This document shows positions 18,829-29,306 of a stretch of DNA of 64,000 nucleotides, in pieces (position 1 is the first letter of the stretch; every line of letters begins with the position of its first letter). Location of the stretch: NCBI GenBank assembly GCA_031414535.1, contig JANNVQ010000041.1, positions 53,788 through 117,787 on the forward strand, given 5' to 3'. The DNA comes from Gemmatimonas sp. Its GTDB lineage: Bacteria; Gemmatimonadota; Gemmatimonadetes; Gemmatimonadales; Gemmatimonadaceae. The notes beneath the pieces are model-generated. The model saw only the letters and a list, made by a program, of their open reading frames with translations, was not told where the DNA came from and did no database searches. The position numbers and the translations under genes were made by a program.

Positions 18829-21063
18829 ATGATGCAACGCATTGAACGGACCTTCGCTGGCCGCCCCCTCATCATTGAGACTGGGCGCATGGCCAAGCAG
18901 GCCGCCGGCTCCGCCCTTGTCACCTACGGCGAGACTGTGCTGCTTTGCGCCGTCACCGTCAGCGACAAGAAGAGCCCACTCCCGTTTTTCCCGCTGACGG
19001 TTGAGTACAAGGAAAAGATGTACGCCTCGGGCAAGATCCCCGGCGGCTTCATCAAGCGTGAAGGGCGTCCCCGCGACGAGGAGATTCTCTCCTGCCGCAT
19101 CATCGACCGCTCCATCCGCCCGCTCTTCCCAGAAGGCTTCCAGAACGAAGTGCAGGTCGTGATCTACGTTCTCTCGGCTGACCAAGAGAATGACCACGAC
19201 GTGCTCGGTCTCATTGGTGCCTCGTTCGCGCTCAGCGCGAGCAAGATTCCGTGGGCAGGCCCGATCGCCGGCGTGCGCGTTGGCCGCATCGAAGGCAAGT
19301 GGGTGTTGAACCCCACGTTCCAGGCGCTCGAGTTCTCTGATCTCGATATGATCGTCGCCGGTTCGGCTGACTCCATCATGATGGTCGAAGGCGGCGCACT
19401 CGAAGTCTCCGAAGCCGATATCGTGGAAGCGCTCAAGGTTGCCCAGAAGGGCATTGGCGAGATCGTCTCGATGCAGGAGGAGCTCGTCAAGAAGCTCGGC
19501 AAGATCGAGAAGATGGCGTGGAGCGGCGTTGAGATTCCCGACGACGTGAAGAAGACGGTCACGAAGGCTGCTGAAAAGCGCATCGAGGCCGCCATCAACC
19601 AGAAGGACAAGGCCACGCGCATTCAGGCCGTGGAGAAGGTGAAGGACGAAGTGAAGACCGAGATGCTGACGGTCCTCGATCCTGCTCACCAGAACCTCGT
19701 TGGCATGATCGTGGGCGACATCGAGTACAACTCGCTCCGCTCACAGGTGCTGGAGACGGGCCTGCGCGTTGACGGCCGCAAGCCGAACGTCGTGCGCGAC
19801 ATCTCCGTGGACACCAAGCTCCTGCCGCGCGCTCACGGCTCGGCGCTCTTCACGCGTGGCCAGACGCAGGCGCTTGTCGTCGCGACGCTCGGCACCGCCG
19901 GTGACGTCCAGCGTATGGACAACATTGACGACGCGAAAGAGACGACGAAGTCGTTCATGTTGCATTACAATTTCCCGCCGTTCTCCACGGGCGAGGCCAA
20001 GCCGATGCGTGGCACCGGCCGTCGCGAGATCGGTCACGGTGCGCTCGCTGAGCGCGCCATTCAGGCGGTGTTGCCGGCCTTTGAGGAGTTCCCGTACACG
20101 ATTCGCATTGTGTCGGAAATCCTCGAGTCCAATGGCAGCTCAAGCATGGCTTCGATCTGTGGCGGTTCACTCGCTTGCTTCGACGCGGGCATCCCGCTGA
20201 AGGCGCCGGTGGCTGGCGTCGCGATGGGACTTATCAAGGAAGGCAAGAAGTACGCGATCCTCACGGACATCCTGGGCACCGAAGACCACCTCGGCGATAT
20301 GGACTTCAAGGTGGCGGGCACGGAAGCCGGCATCACGTCCATCCAGATGGACATCAAGATCCAGGGTCTCGACCTCAAGATCATGACCGAGGCGTTGGCG
20401 CAGGCCAAGGAAGGCCGCCTGCACATCCTCGGCGAAATGAACAAGGCGCTCCCGACGGTCCGTCCGGACCTGTCGCCGTGGGCACCGCGCATTGTCACGG
20501 TGAACATCAACCCTGAGAAGATCGGCGACCTCATCGGTCCCAAGGGCAAGACGATCCGCGGCATTCAGGACGAGACGGGCGCCGAAGTCACCGTTGACGA
20601 CAGCGGCTTGGTCACGATCGCAGCCGTTGGCGCCGAAGCGATGGAGCGTGCACGTCAGATGGTTGCGGCGATCACAGCCGAGGCCGTGGTGGGCGAGACG
20701 TACACGGGCACGGTGAAGTCGGTGACGGCGTTCGGCGCCTTCATCGAGATCATGCCGGGCACGGAAGCGTTGTTGCACGTCTCGGAGATGCGTCATCATC
20801 GCGTGGAGAAGCCGGAAGACATCGTCAAGAAGGGTGAGACGGTGACGGTGAAGCTGGTCGAGCGTGACGAGCGTGGTCGCCTGCGCCTGTCGATGAAGGC
20901 ATTGTTGCCGAAGCCGGAAGGCGCCGAAGCTTCTTCGGCAGCCGAGGGTGGGAGCAGCGAGGGCGGTGAAGGCCGCAGCGAGCGTCCGCGTAGCGAGCGT
21001 CCGCGTAGCGATCGTCCGCGTAGCGGCGACCGTGGCGGCCGTGGAGGCCGCAGCCGCGAGTGA
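18829..21063 (+). CDS. pnp: Polynucleotide phosphorylase
   Basis: FFPLTVEY, GKIPGGFIKREGRP, RREIGHG, SNGSSSMAS, GDMDFKVAG, KH and S1 domains. Confidence 0.98.
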   Translation: MMQRIERTFAGRPLIIETGRMAKQAAGSALVTYGETVLLCAVTVSDKKSPLPFFPLTVEYKEKMYASGKIPGGFIKREGRPRDEEILSCRIIDRSIRPLFPEGFQNEVQVVIYVLSADQENDHDVLGLIGASFALSASKIPWAGPIAGVRVGRIEGKWVLNPTFQALEFSDLDMIVAGSADSIMMVEGGALEVSEADIVEALKVAQKGIGEIVSMQEELVKKLGKIEKMAWSGVEIPDDVKKTVTKAAEKRIEAAINQKDKATRIQAVEKVKDEVKTEMLTVLDPAHQNLVGMIVGDIEYNSLRSQVLETGLRVDGRKPNVVRDISVDTKLLPRAHGSALFTRGQTQALVVATLGTAGDVQRMDNIDDAKETTKSFMLHYNFPPFSTGEAKPMRGTGRREIGHGALAERAIQAVLPAFEEFPYTIRIVSEILESNGSSSMASICGGSLACFDAGIPLKAPVAGVAMGLIKEGKKYAILTDILGTEDHLGDMDFKVAGTEAGITSIQMDIKIQGLDLKIMTEALAQAKEGRLHILGEMNKALPTVRPDLSPWAPRIVTVNINPEKIGDLIGPKGKTIRGIQDETGAEVTVDDSGLVTIAAVGAEAMERARQMVAAITAEAVVGETYTGTVKSVTAFGAFIEIMPGTEALLHVSEMRHHRVEKPEDIVKKGETVTVKLVERDERGRLRLSMKALLPKPEGAEASSAAEGGSSEGGEGRSERPRSERPRSDRPRSGDRGGRGGRSRE
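20974..21033 (+). repeat. Intragenic 15-bp tandem repeat (about 4 copies) encoding the RSERP tail of PNPase
   Basis: cgcagcgagcgtccg / cgtagcgagcgtccg / cgtagcgatcgtccg / cgtagcggcgaccgt. Confidence 0.8.
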
Positions 21064-22337
21064 CCCAAACGTCCGTCGCGACCGCATCCGGCTTGACTGA
21101 GCGGGGCGTGCAGCGGACCGTCCTCCCGAATGGACTGACCGTACTCTCGGAGCATATGCCGGGAGTACGGTCGGTTGCATTGGGGGCCTGGGTCCGCGCG
21201 GCGTCCCTGCACGAATCCCGTGCGCAGATGGGCATCTCGCACTTTCTTGAGCACATGGTGTTCAAGGGCAGCGAGCGGCGCAGCGCGAAGGACATTGCGC
21301 TGGCGCTGGAGTCACTCGGTGGCTCACTTGATGCGTACACGGCACGCGAGCACACCTCGTTTCAAGCGCGCGTGCTCGACGAGCATCTGCCGCAAGCGGC
21401 GGATGTGCTCTTTGACTTGATGTTCCGCCCGGCATTTCGCGAGGCGGATATGGAACTTGAGCGCGGGGTGATTCTCGAAGAGTTGGCGATGGTCGAGGAT
21501 ACGCCCGATGACATTGTGTTTGAAGTGCACGGTGAAGCGCTGTGGGGAGCACACCCGCATGGGTATTCGATTCTCGGCAGCAACGAGACGGTCGAATCGC
21601 TGACCATTTCCGATCTGCGCGCGTTGCATCGGCGGGCTTACCGCCCAGAGCGCGTGATTGTAGCGGCGGCGGGCAATGTGACGCACGACCAGCTGCTGGC
21701 GACGCTTACGGCCGCAGGCTGGGCCGACTTCAAGGGCGATGGTCCGCTGGAACCGATGCCGGTCCCGCCCGTGCTGCCCGTGGCGCCTGAAGAGCGTCGT
21801 GTGGAGCGCGATATCCAGCAGGTGCACTTGGTGATGGGCAACGTGACCGTGCCGCACGCGGACAAGCGTCGGCACGCCCTGCTGCTCGTGAACGCCCTCT
21901 TTGGCGGCGGGATGAGCTCACGCCTGTTCCAGAAGGTGCGGGAGGAGTTGGGGCTCGCCTACAGCGTGCACAGCTTCCAGAGCTTCCACGCCACGGCGGG
22001 AAGCCAGGGCATCTATCTTGGATGTGCTCCGGAGCGTGTGGACGAAGCCCTGTCAGCAATTCGTAGCGAGCTTGCGTTGTTGCAGCTGACGGGTCTCACC
22101 GCCGACGAGTTGGCGATGGGCAAGCAGCAGCTGAAGGGCCAGATCACCTTGTCCATGGAAAGCGTGGCGGCGCGGATGTATCGCGCGGCGGCGGTGGAGT
22201 TGTTTGATGAGCCGTACAAGCCGCTGGATGCGGTCCTGGCTCGGGTGGACGAGATTAGTTCGGGCGAGGTGGCGGAGGTTTGCAGTGCGTTTTACGGAGT
22301 GGATCAGCAGACCATCGTTCGGCTAGGTCCGAACTAG
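21060..22337 (+). CDS. M16 family zinc peptidase
   Basis: HFLEHMVFKG (HxxEH), GGGMSSRLFQKVREELGLAY; usual position after pnp. Confidence 0.94.
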   Translation: MTQTSVATASGLTERGVQRTVLPNGLTVLSEHMPGVRSVALGAWVRAASLHESRAQMGISHFLEHMVFKGSERRSAKDIALALESLGGSLDAYTAREHTSFQARVLDEHLPQAADVLFDLMFRPAFREADMELERGVILEELAMVEDTPDDIVFEVHGEALWGAHPHGYSILGSNETVESLTISDLRALHRRAYRPERVIVAAAGNVTHDQLLATLTAAGWADFKGDGPLEPMPVPPVLPVAPEERRVERDIQQVHLVMGNVTVPHADKRRHALLLVNALFGGGMSSRLFQKVREELGLAYSVHSFQSFHATAGSQGIYLGCAPERVDEALSAIRSELALLQLTGLTADELAMGKQQLKGQITLSMESVAARMYRAAAVELFDEPYKPLDAVLARVDEISSGEVAEVCSAFYGVDQQTIVRLGPN

Positions 22338-22399
22338 GACGGAAGACGGAGGACGGATGAAAACGGCGGCGTGTGGCATCCGTCATCCGTCATCCGTCC
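22337..22399. repeat. Heptamer inverted-repeat hairpin (GACGGAN)3 ... (ATCCGTC)3
   Basis: Begins at the M16 stop codon; complementary arm at 22378-22398. Confidence 0.88.
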
Positions 22400-22436
22400 A
22401 TTCTTTGACACTCAACTTTTACTTACGCGGTCCTCA

Positions 22437-23552
22437 ATGAAAATCGGCATTCCGAAGGAAATTAAAACGAACGAGAACCGGATCTCGCTCGTCCCAGCCG
22501 GCGCTGAGGCGCTGGTGGCCGCCGGCCATCAAGTGTTCGTGGAGCAGGGCGCGGGTCTCGGCTCTGGCTTTGATGATTCGCAGTTCGTCGCGGTGGGCGC
22601 CAAGATGTTGCCGACGGCCGACGAGGTCTGGGCAACGGCGGACATGATCATCAAGGTCAAGGAGCCGATTAAGGTCGAGTGGCCGCGCATGAAGAAGGGC
22701 CAGACGATTTTTACGTACTTCCACTTTGCCGCGGACGAGGAGCTCACCAAGGCTCACCTCGAGTCCGGCGCGACCTGCATCGCCTACGAGACGGTTGAGC
22801 TGCCCTCCCGCGAGCTCCCGCTGCTCACGCCAATGTCTGAGGTTGCTGGCCGGATGGCGGTGCAGGAGGGCGCCAAGTACCTCGAGAAGCTTTACGGTGG
22901 CCGCGGCGTCCTGCTGGGCGGCGTCCCGGGCGTGGCGCCGGGCAAGGTCGTGATCCTTGGTGGCGGCGTGGTAGGCGTGAACGCAGCCAAGATGGCAGCT
23001 GGTTTGGGCGCCAAGGTTATCATCCTCGACAACTCGCTGCCCCGTCTGCGCTACCTCAGCGACGTGATGCCGGCCAACGTGCAGCTGATCTACTCCAACC
23101 GCGCCAACATCCTCGAGGCAATTGCCACGGCGGACTTGGTGGTGGGTGGCGTGCTGCTACCGGGCGCCAAGGCGCCGAAGCTCATCCGCCGTGAGGACCT
23201 GAAGCTGATGCGTCCCGGCTCGGTGATTGTGGACGTGGCGATTGACCAGGGCGGCTGCGTGGAGACCATCAAGGCGACCACCCACGAGAACCCAGTGTAC
23301 ACGGTGGACGGCATCATTCACTATGGCGTGGCCAATATGCCGGGTGGCGTACCGCGCACCTCGACCCTGGCGCTGACCAACGCCACGCTCCCCTACGCGC
23401 TCAAGCTGGCCAATAAGGGCTGGAAGCAGGCGCTGGCCGAAGACCACGCACTACTCAAAGGCCTGAATGTGGTGGACGGAAAGGTGACGTATCAGGGCGT
23501 GGCGGAGGCGTTTGGCATGGAATACCACGAAGCGTCGAAGTTCGTTAAGTAA
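22437..23552 (+). CDS. ald: Alanine dehydrogenase
   Basis: [41 protein letters not shown]. Confidence 0.96.
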   Translation: MKIGIPKEIKTNENRISLVPAGAEALVAAGHQVFVEQGAGLGSGFDDSQFVAVGAKMLPTADEVWATADMIIKVKEPIKVEWPRMKKGQTIFTYFHFAADEELTKAHLESGATCIAYETVELPSRELPLLTPMSEVAGRMAVQEGAKYLEKLYGGRGVLLGGVPGVAPGKVVILGGGVVGVNAAKMAAGLGAKVIILDNSLPRLRYLSDVMPANVQLIYSNRANILEAIATADLVVGGVLLPGAKAPKLIRREDLKLMRPGSVIVDVAIDQGGCVETIKATTHENPVYTVDGIIHYGVANMPGGVPRTSTLALTNATLPYALKLANKGWKQALAEDHALLKGLNVVDGKVTYQGVAEAFGMEYHEASKFVK

Positions 23553-23680
23553 CTGGACGGATGACGGATGACGGAAGCCGGGGCCCAGCGTTGCTGGGCC
23601 CCAACTTCGTTTTAGGGGTAGTGGCGGTTGGCATCCGTCATCCGTCATCCGTCCAGAAAACTCGTCCGTCTTCCGTCCAG
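23553..23680. repeat. Heptamer inverted-repeat element with an internal GC hairpin and an extra 3' arm
   Basis: (GACGGAW)3 at 23556-23576; GGGGCCCAGC/GCTGGGCCCC inner stem; (ATCCGTC)3 at 23633-23653; two further units at 23664-23677. Confidence 0.88.
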
Positions 23681-23740
23681 TCGTGCAACCGTCTAACTTC
23701 AAGCGTAGCAAGCCTTTCCGCCTTTTCCGAGCTAAGTACA

Positions 23741-24781
23741 ATGTTTAAGTGGCCATTCTTCCAGAACGGAGGATTCCTTCCCGCAAATGCAATTGCGGTG
23801 GACCTTGGAACGGCCAACACGCTGATCTACGTGAAGGGCGAAGGCATCGTACTCAACGAGCCTAGTGTCGTCGCAATAGACCGCGAGACGAAGAAGATCA
23901 AAGGCGTCGGTCTTGAAGCAAAGCGTATGCTTGGTCGCACGCCTGAAGGCGTGATTGCGGTGCGTCCGATGAAGGACGGTGTGATTGCCGACTTCGAAGT
24001 CACCGAGAAGATGCTGCGCTTCTTTCTCGAATTGATTATCAAGAATCATGTGTTCAAGGTGAAGCCACGCGTGATTGTGTGCGTGCCTTCCGGCATCACT
24101 GAAGTGGAGAAGCGCGCGGTGCGCGATTCAGCACTCGGCGCTGGTGCGAAGGAAGTGTTTATGGTCGCCGAGCCGATGGCGGCAGCGATTGGTGTTGGTC
24201 TGCCGGTGGAAACGCCGACGGGCAACATGGTGATTGACATCGGTGGCGGCACGACGGAGATCGCAGTGATTGCGCTTTCCGGAATCGTGAGCGATACGTC
24301 GATTCGCACCGGCGGTGATGAGATGGACGCGAGCATCGTGCAGTTCATGCGCAAGAGCTACAACCTCTTGATTGGCGAGCCGACGGCCGAGCAGATCAAG
24401 ATTCAGATTGGCAGCGCTGCGCCGCTCGGTGAAGAGCGCGAGATGGAAGTGAAGGGACGCGATCTCGTGTCTGGCATTCCAAAGACGGTGCGGGTGCACT
24501 CGCAGGAAATTCGCGAGGCCATCCAAGAGCCGATTCAGCAGATCGTGAATGCCGTGCGCCGCGCGCTCGAGATCACGCCGCCGGAGTTGGCGTCGGACAT
24601 CGTGGATCGCGGCATCGTGATGACGGGTGGCGGCGCGCTGATCCGCGGGCTCGACGTCTTGCTCATGCAGGAGACGGGCCTTCCGATTCATGTGGACGAG
24701 GATCCGCTGACCTGCGTGGTGCGTGGGACGGGTCGCATCCTCGATGATGAGGCGAAGTACTGGTCGGTGCTGAGCACCTGA
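23741..24781 (+). CDS. mreB: Rod shape-determining protein MreB
   Basis: [46 protein letters not shown]. Confidence 0.97.
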   Translation: MFKWPFFQNGGFLPANAIAVDLGTANTLIYVKGEGIVLNEPSVVAIDRETKKIKGVGLEAKRMLGRTPEGVIAVRPMKDGVIADFEVTEKMLRFFLELIIKNHVFKVKPRVIVCVPSGITEVEKRAVRDSALGAGAKEVFMVAEPMAAAIGVGLPVETPTGNMVIDIGGGTTEIAVIALSGIVSDTSIRTGGDEMDASIVQFMRKSYNLLIGEPTAEQIKIQIGSAAPLGEEREMEVKGRDLVSGIPKTVRVHSQEIREAIQEPIQQIVNAVRRALEITPPELASDIVDRGIVMTGGGALIRGLDVLLMQETGLPIHVDEDPLTCVVRGTGRILDDEAKYWSVLST

Positions 24782-24794
24782 GCTAGGGCCGAAA

Positions 24795-25772
24795 TTGTCG
24801 CGCGCCTCTCGAGGGGATTCGCGTGCCGACACCGCGATCGCCATTGCCTGCGCAATGGTGGCCTTGTTGCTCCTCGTCTTGCCCGACGCACCGCGCGAAC
24901 GCGTCGCGGGAGTCATTCGAGAGAATCTCATCGGCCCGCTCGCCATGCTGCAGACGCGCGCCCTGCACACGGGACGCGCGCTCGCGGCACAGGACTCCTC
25001 GCGGGCCGTGAACGACAGCGTCGTGGTACGCTCGCAGCGGCTCGACGCGGTGGAGGCCGAGAACATACGGCTTCGTAGCTTGTTGGGTCTGGGTCGCGCG
25101 CTCGAGTGGGGGTTCATCCCGGCCGAGGCATTAGTGGATCGTGGCGACATCGATCAACACACCGTCGTGCTATCGGCGGGTGCCACGCAGGGCGTGCAGC
25201 GGCTGAGTGCGGTGGTGGCGCCGGATGGTCTGGTGGGAATGGTGCAGGCAGTGGACGCGCGCACGAGTGTCGCCATCGTATGGCCGCATCCGGATTTTCG
25301 TGTGAGTGCGACAACGTCTGACGGTTCGGCCTTCGGCATCGTGACGGCGCACGCAGGGGAAGGAGCGGATCGCTGGCTGCTCGAGCTCCACGGCGTGCCG
25401 TACCGTTCGACGTTGCGGGCGGGCACGGTACTCGTGAGTTCCGGCCTGGGTGGCGTGTTTCCGCGGGGTGTCTTGATTGGTACCGTTGTGCGTGTCTTGC
25501 CGGGAGCGGGTACGGGTTGGGCACGGAGCTATCTCGTGCGCCCCGCAGTGCGCCCCAACGATCTGACCTCCGTGATGGTGCTGGCCCCTGAGCGCAGTGC
25601 GGAGGGCGTGGAGAGTGTGTGGCGCCTGCGGGTTGAGCAATTGGAGCGCCGGGTGCGCGCGGCGGCGGACAGTCTGGCATTGAAGGCGGCGGCCGACAGC
25701 GCCGCCCGTGCCGACACTGTGGCGAGCGTCGCTGTTGACACCGTCCCCCGCACGGAGGCGCCGAGACGATGA
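24795..25772 (+). CDS. mreC: Rod shape-determining protein MreC
   Basis: N-terminal TM, ENIRLRSLLG coiled coil, GLVG, SSGLGGVFPRGVLIG. Confidence 0.9.
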   Translation: MSRASRGDSRADTAIAIACAMVALLLLVLPDAPRERVAGVIRENLIGPLAMLQTRALHTGRALAAQDSSRAVNDSVVVRSQRLDAVEAENIRLRSLLGLGRALEWGFIPAEALVDRGDIDQHTVVLSAGATQGVQRLSAVVAPDGLVGMVQAVDARTSVAIVWPHPDFRVSATTSDGSAFGIVTAHAGEGADRWLLELHGVPYRSTLRAGTVLVSSGLGGVFPRGVLIGTVVRVLPGAGTGWARSYLVRPAVRPNDLTSVMVLAPERSAEGVESVWRLRVEQLERRVRAAADSLALKAAADSAARADTVASVAVDTVPRTEAPRR

Positions 25773-26257
25773 ACTTCGCGCGCACGCTGGTCATCACGTT
25801 GATGCTGGCCTTCCTCGTGACGTTGCACTTTACCTTGCGCCCCTTGCTCGACTGGCGCGCGGGTGTGGACTTTCTCGTCATTGGCGTACTGCTCGTGGCG
25901 GTGCACGCGCGCCCCGGCGTGGCGGCGGTGGTTGGTCTTGTGTTCGGCGCGGCCGTGGACGCGATGAGCCCGGAGTCCTTGGGAGCCGGCGCGTTGGCCA
26001 TGACCTTGATGGCCTTTGGGGCGTCGCGACTGAAGGCCGCCTTCTTTACGGACGATGTTGCCCTCAACGCCGCGTTTGTGTTTCTCGGCAAGCTGCTCTT
26101 CGACCTCGTGGCGACGCTTGCCGAAGGCCGCTTGTCCGGTATGACCTTGGTTTGGCAGTTGATGGCCTGGACGCCGCTGTCGGCGCTAGCCACGGCGGCG
26201 GTGGGCTTGGTGGTGTTTACCATCGTTCGCCCCGTCTTTGCGGAGCGGCGCTACTAG
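25769..26257 (+). CDS. mreD: Rod shape-determining protein MreD
   Basis: Small polytopic membrane protein between mreC and mrdA. Confidence 0.88.
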   Translation: MNFARTLVITLMLAFLVTLHFTLRPLLDWRAGVDFLVIGVLLVAVHARPGVAAVVGLVFGAAVDAMSPESLGAGALAMTLMAFGASRLKAAFFTDDVALNAAFVFLGKLLFDLVATLAEGRLSGMTLVWQLMAWTPLSALATAAVGLVVFTIVRPVFAERRY

Positions 26258-28035
26258 TGCTGACTTTTCACCCGAACGCGGTGCAGCAGCGTGGGCGCGT
26301 GGCCTCGGCGCTGTTGTTTTTGGTGTTCCTTTTCTTATTAGGGTCGTTCTTCCGTACGCAGGTGCTGTTGGGCGCGCGCTTTGTGTTGCAAGCGGAGACG
26401 AATCGTTTGCGGGAGGTGCCTTTGTCGGCACCACGCGGCATGATTCTCGATCGTACGGGAAAGGTGATTGCTGAAGATCTACCCGGCTTCGCCATCTCGC
26501 TGCTGGCGCGCAATGAGGATACGCTGCGCGTGATGATGCGGCACATCGGCGAGGTCGTGCCGGTGAGCGCCGAGCAGATTGGTGCAGCGGTGCGTCGGTT
26601 TCGGCGAGAGCCGATGCGGCCGACGGTGTTGTTTCCCGATGCGTCGTTCGAGCTTGTCTCCATCCTTGAAGAGCGGCGCACGGAGTATCCGGGTCTCATC
26701 ATCCAGTCTTCGCCACGCCGGCACTATCCGGAGGGGCCGGCCGTCTCAGCGATTGTCGGCTATACGGGTGAGATTAGCGACGCGGAGTTGGAGACGGAGC
26801 GTTTTGCGGAGTACAAGCCGGGCCAGCAGGTAGGCAAGGATGGCTTGGAACGCCAGTACGAGGATCGGCTGCGCGGACAGGAAGGTGCGCGCTTCATCGA
26901 GGTTGATGCGCGCGGCCGCGTGGTGCGTGATCAGGCTCGGCCGGATCTTGAACCGGAGCGTCCGCCTGCACTCTACACGAACATTGACTTAGACCTGCAA
27001 CGATTTGTGTACGAGCTGTTCGGCGACTCGCTGATTGGTGGTGTGGTGGCAATGGAACCACGGAGCGGGGAGGTGCTCGCGTTGCATTCCGCACCGACCT
27101 TCGACCCCAACCGCTTCATCGGCGGGATTCCGTTTGACTACTGGCGGGATCTGCAAGAGGATCCGCGTCGGCCGCTGTACAACAAGGCCATCAAGGGCGC
27201 GTATCCGCCCGGTTCCATCTGGAAGCTGCACACCGCGATTATCGCGATGGAAGCAGGGCAGGTGCGCATTAACGAGCGGATGCAGGTGCCCTGCAATGGG
27301 GGATTTCTCTTCGGCAACCGCTACCAGCGCTGCTGGAAGCGCGAAGGACACGGCGACGTGACGCTGGCTCAGGCAATCGAGCAGTCCTGCGATACGTACT
27401 TTTATCAGCTTGGCCTTCGCATTGGCCTGCAGAATCTGGTGGCAGGCGGCCTGCGCCTGGGTTCGCGCGATCGCTCGGGCATTGATTTGCCGTCCGAGAC
27501 ACGCTCGGTGTTTCCGACCGATCCGCCAAAGGAGTATTACGATCGCCTGTTCGGTCCGCGCGGCTGGTCGAATGGCGTCGTGCTGAATCTGGCGATCGGC
27601 CAGGGCGAGAACTCGCAGACCGTGGCGAATATGGCACGCTTCTATACGGCATTGGCCACGGATGGTGAGGCCGCGCGTCCAGAGGTCGTGCGCGGTGAAT
27701 CCGAGCGGACGCGGCTGTTCAACATCACGCCCGAGCAGCTGAAGCAACTGCAGGATGCGATGGCGGGCGTGCTCTCGCGTGGAACTGCCGCCGCATCGCA
27801 GCTCGAGGGCATCGCTATCGCGGGGAAGACGGGTACGGCGCAGAACGCGCAGGATCAGGTGCGAGACCACGCGTGGTTCGCGGGCTACGCACCGGCCGAG
27901 AATCCCAAAATCGTGATTGTCGTGATGCTGGAGTTCGGCGGCAGCGGCTCACGTGCGGCGCGGATGGCGTCGCGCATCTTCGAGCACTACCTCAAACAGC
28001 CCACCAGCTTCCAAGTCAGCACGGAGGAGCCGTGA
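26257..28035 (+). CDS. mrdA: Penicillin-binding protein 2
   Basis: APRGMILDR, YPPGSIWK (SxxK), SCD (SxN-equivalent), GKTGTAQ; GTG start at 26257. Confidence 0.94.
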   Translation: MLTFHPNAVQQRGRVASALLFLVFLFLLGSFFRTQVLLGARFVLQAETNRLREVPLSAPRGMILDRTGKVIAEDLPGFAISLLARNEDTLRVMMRHIGEVVPVSAEQIGAAVRRFRREPMRPTVLFPDASFELVSILEERRTEYPGLIIQSSPRRHYPEGPAVSAIVGYTGEISDAELETERFAEYKPGQQVGKDGLERQYEDRLRGQEGARFIEVDARGRVVRDQARPDLEPERPPALYTNIDLDLQRFVYELFGDSLIGGVVAMEPRSGEVLALHSAPTFDPNRFIGGIPFDYWRDLQEDPRRPLYNKAIKGAYPPGSIWKLHTAIIAMEAGQVRINERMQVPCNGGFLFGNRYQRCWKREGHGDVTLAQAIEQSCDTYFYQLGLRIGLQNLVAGGLRLGSRDRSGIDLPSETRSVFPTDPPKEYYDRLFGPRGWSNGVVLNLAIGQGENSQTVANMARFYTALATDGEAARPEVVRGESERTRLFNITPEQLKQLQDAMAGVLSRGTAAASQLEGIAIAGKTGTAQNAQDQVRDHAWFAGYAPAENPKIVIVVMLEFGGSGSRAARMASRIFEHYLKQPTSFQVSTEEP

Positions 28036-29282
28036 GTCAGCGGGTGGTTCCCACGGAATGGCCGCTCGTCGCGCTCGCGCTGACGCTCACGGGCATTGGC
28101 GCGCTGATGGTGTATTCAGCAGGCCAGACGGACGTGCCGAACTTCGTAGTCAATTTGTGGAAGACGCAGCTGGTGTGGGCGGTGCTGGGAGTGGGCGCGG
28201 CCTTCACGGTGACGCGAATCTCGGTGCGGTTCCTGGAGTGGGCGTCCTTGCCGGTGTACTTGGGCGCGACCTTCCTCCTGTTTCTGCTCCTCTTCATCGG
28301 TGAAGGTGCGGGCACCGCGGCAAGTACCAAGAGTTGGTTGGCGATTGGTGGTGTGCGCCTCGGACAGCCTTCCGAGCTGGCAAAGATTGCGGTGGTGCTG
28401 ATGCTCGCGCGCGTACTTTCGTCCGAGCGTGAGTCGGCGAAGGGTCTGATGGATCTCTGGCGTCCGGCACTCGTGGCGGGCATTCCGTGGCTGCTGATTA
28501 TGGCGCAGCCAGACTTGGGCACAGGCCTCGTGTTCATCGGCATCTTCTTCGCGATGCTGTTTTGGAGCGGTGTGCAGTGGCCGCTGCTCGTGATGGCCGC
28601 GAGTCCGGGCATTTCCCTGGTATTGGCCTTTGGTCCCGGCGTGTGGGGCGCGTGGTTCATCCTCCTCTGCGCGCTGCTCGCGTGGAAGCGCCCGGCGTGG
28701 ATTGAGAGCGCGGCCCTCATCCTCGCCAATGTCGCGATGGGCGTAGTCGCGCCAATCCTTTGGGACAAGCTCAATCCCTATCAGCAGCGCCGCCTGCTCG
28801 TGTTTCTCGATCCCTCGGCCGACCCGCGAAACTCGGGCTACCATCTGATTCAATCGCAGGTGGCCATTGGGTCGGGTGGGTTTTTCGGAAAGGGATTCAC
28901 GATTGGCTCACAGAAACGGCTCGCTTTCCTTCCCGAGCAGGAAACGGACTTCATCTTCGCGGTGGTCGGCGAGGAGTTCGGGTTCGTGGGTGTGGCGGTT
29001 ATTCTCGTGCTTTTCTGCGTCCTTCTCCTACGAACCACGCGCATTGCGGCCCGCTCGGGGAACCCTTTCGCCTCGTTGGTCGCCTTCGGGCTGACCGCAG
29101 CCTTCTTCACCCACATCTTGGTGAACGTGGGAATGACCATCGGGCTGATGCCCATCACGGGCATCCCGCTGCCGTTCTTCTCCTACGGCGGCTCCTTCAT
29201 GCTGACCTGCTGGCTCAGCATCGGCATCCTGGCGCTCGTGTCGGCGGAAGGCCGCGGAAAGGCCGACGGACTAGTGATTTAG
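28032..29282 (+). CDS. rodA: SEDS peptidoglycan glycosyltransferase RodA
   Basis: QPSELAK, QPDLGT, QSQVAIGSGG, PEQETDFIF, PITGIPLPFFSYGGS. Confidence 0.95.
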   Translation: MSQRVVPTEWPLVALALTLTGIGALMVYSAGQTDVPNFVVNLWKTQLVWAVLGVGAAFTVTRISVRFLEWASLPVYLGATFLLFLLLFIGEGAGTAASTKSWLAIGGVRLGQPSELAKIAVVLMLARVLSSERESAKGLMDLWRPALVAGIPWLLIMAQPDLGTGLVFIGIFFAMLFWSGVQWPLLVMAASPGISLVLAFGPGVWGAWFILLCALLAWKRPAWIESAALILANVAMGVVAPILWDKLNPYQQRRLLVFLDPSADPRNSGYHLIQSQVAIGSGGFFGKGFTIGSQKRLAFLPEQETDFIFAVVGEEFGFVGVAVILVLFCVLLLRTTRIAARSGNPFASLVAFGLTAAFFTHILVNVGMTIGLMPITGIPLPFFSYGGSFMLTCWLSIGILALVSAEGRGKADGLVI

Positions 29283-29306
29283 GTCACGGCGAGCCAATTT
29301 TCCCGT

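Noticed and set aside
22371..23740. N-terminal ORF extensions of ald (from 22371) and mreB (from 23561) containing HPSSV/TDDG peptides
   Set aside because: These are translations of the heptamer repeats; real starts are at 22437 and 23741
25708..26256. 775-aa PBP2 with a long N-terminal extension (likewise rodA from 27873)
   Set aside because: The extensions overlap mreD and mrdA in other frames; coupled GTG starts at 26257 and 28032 fit better
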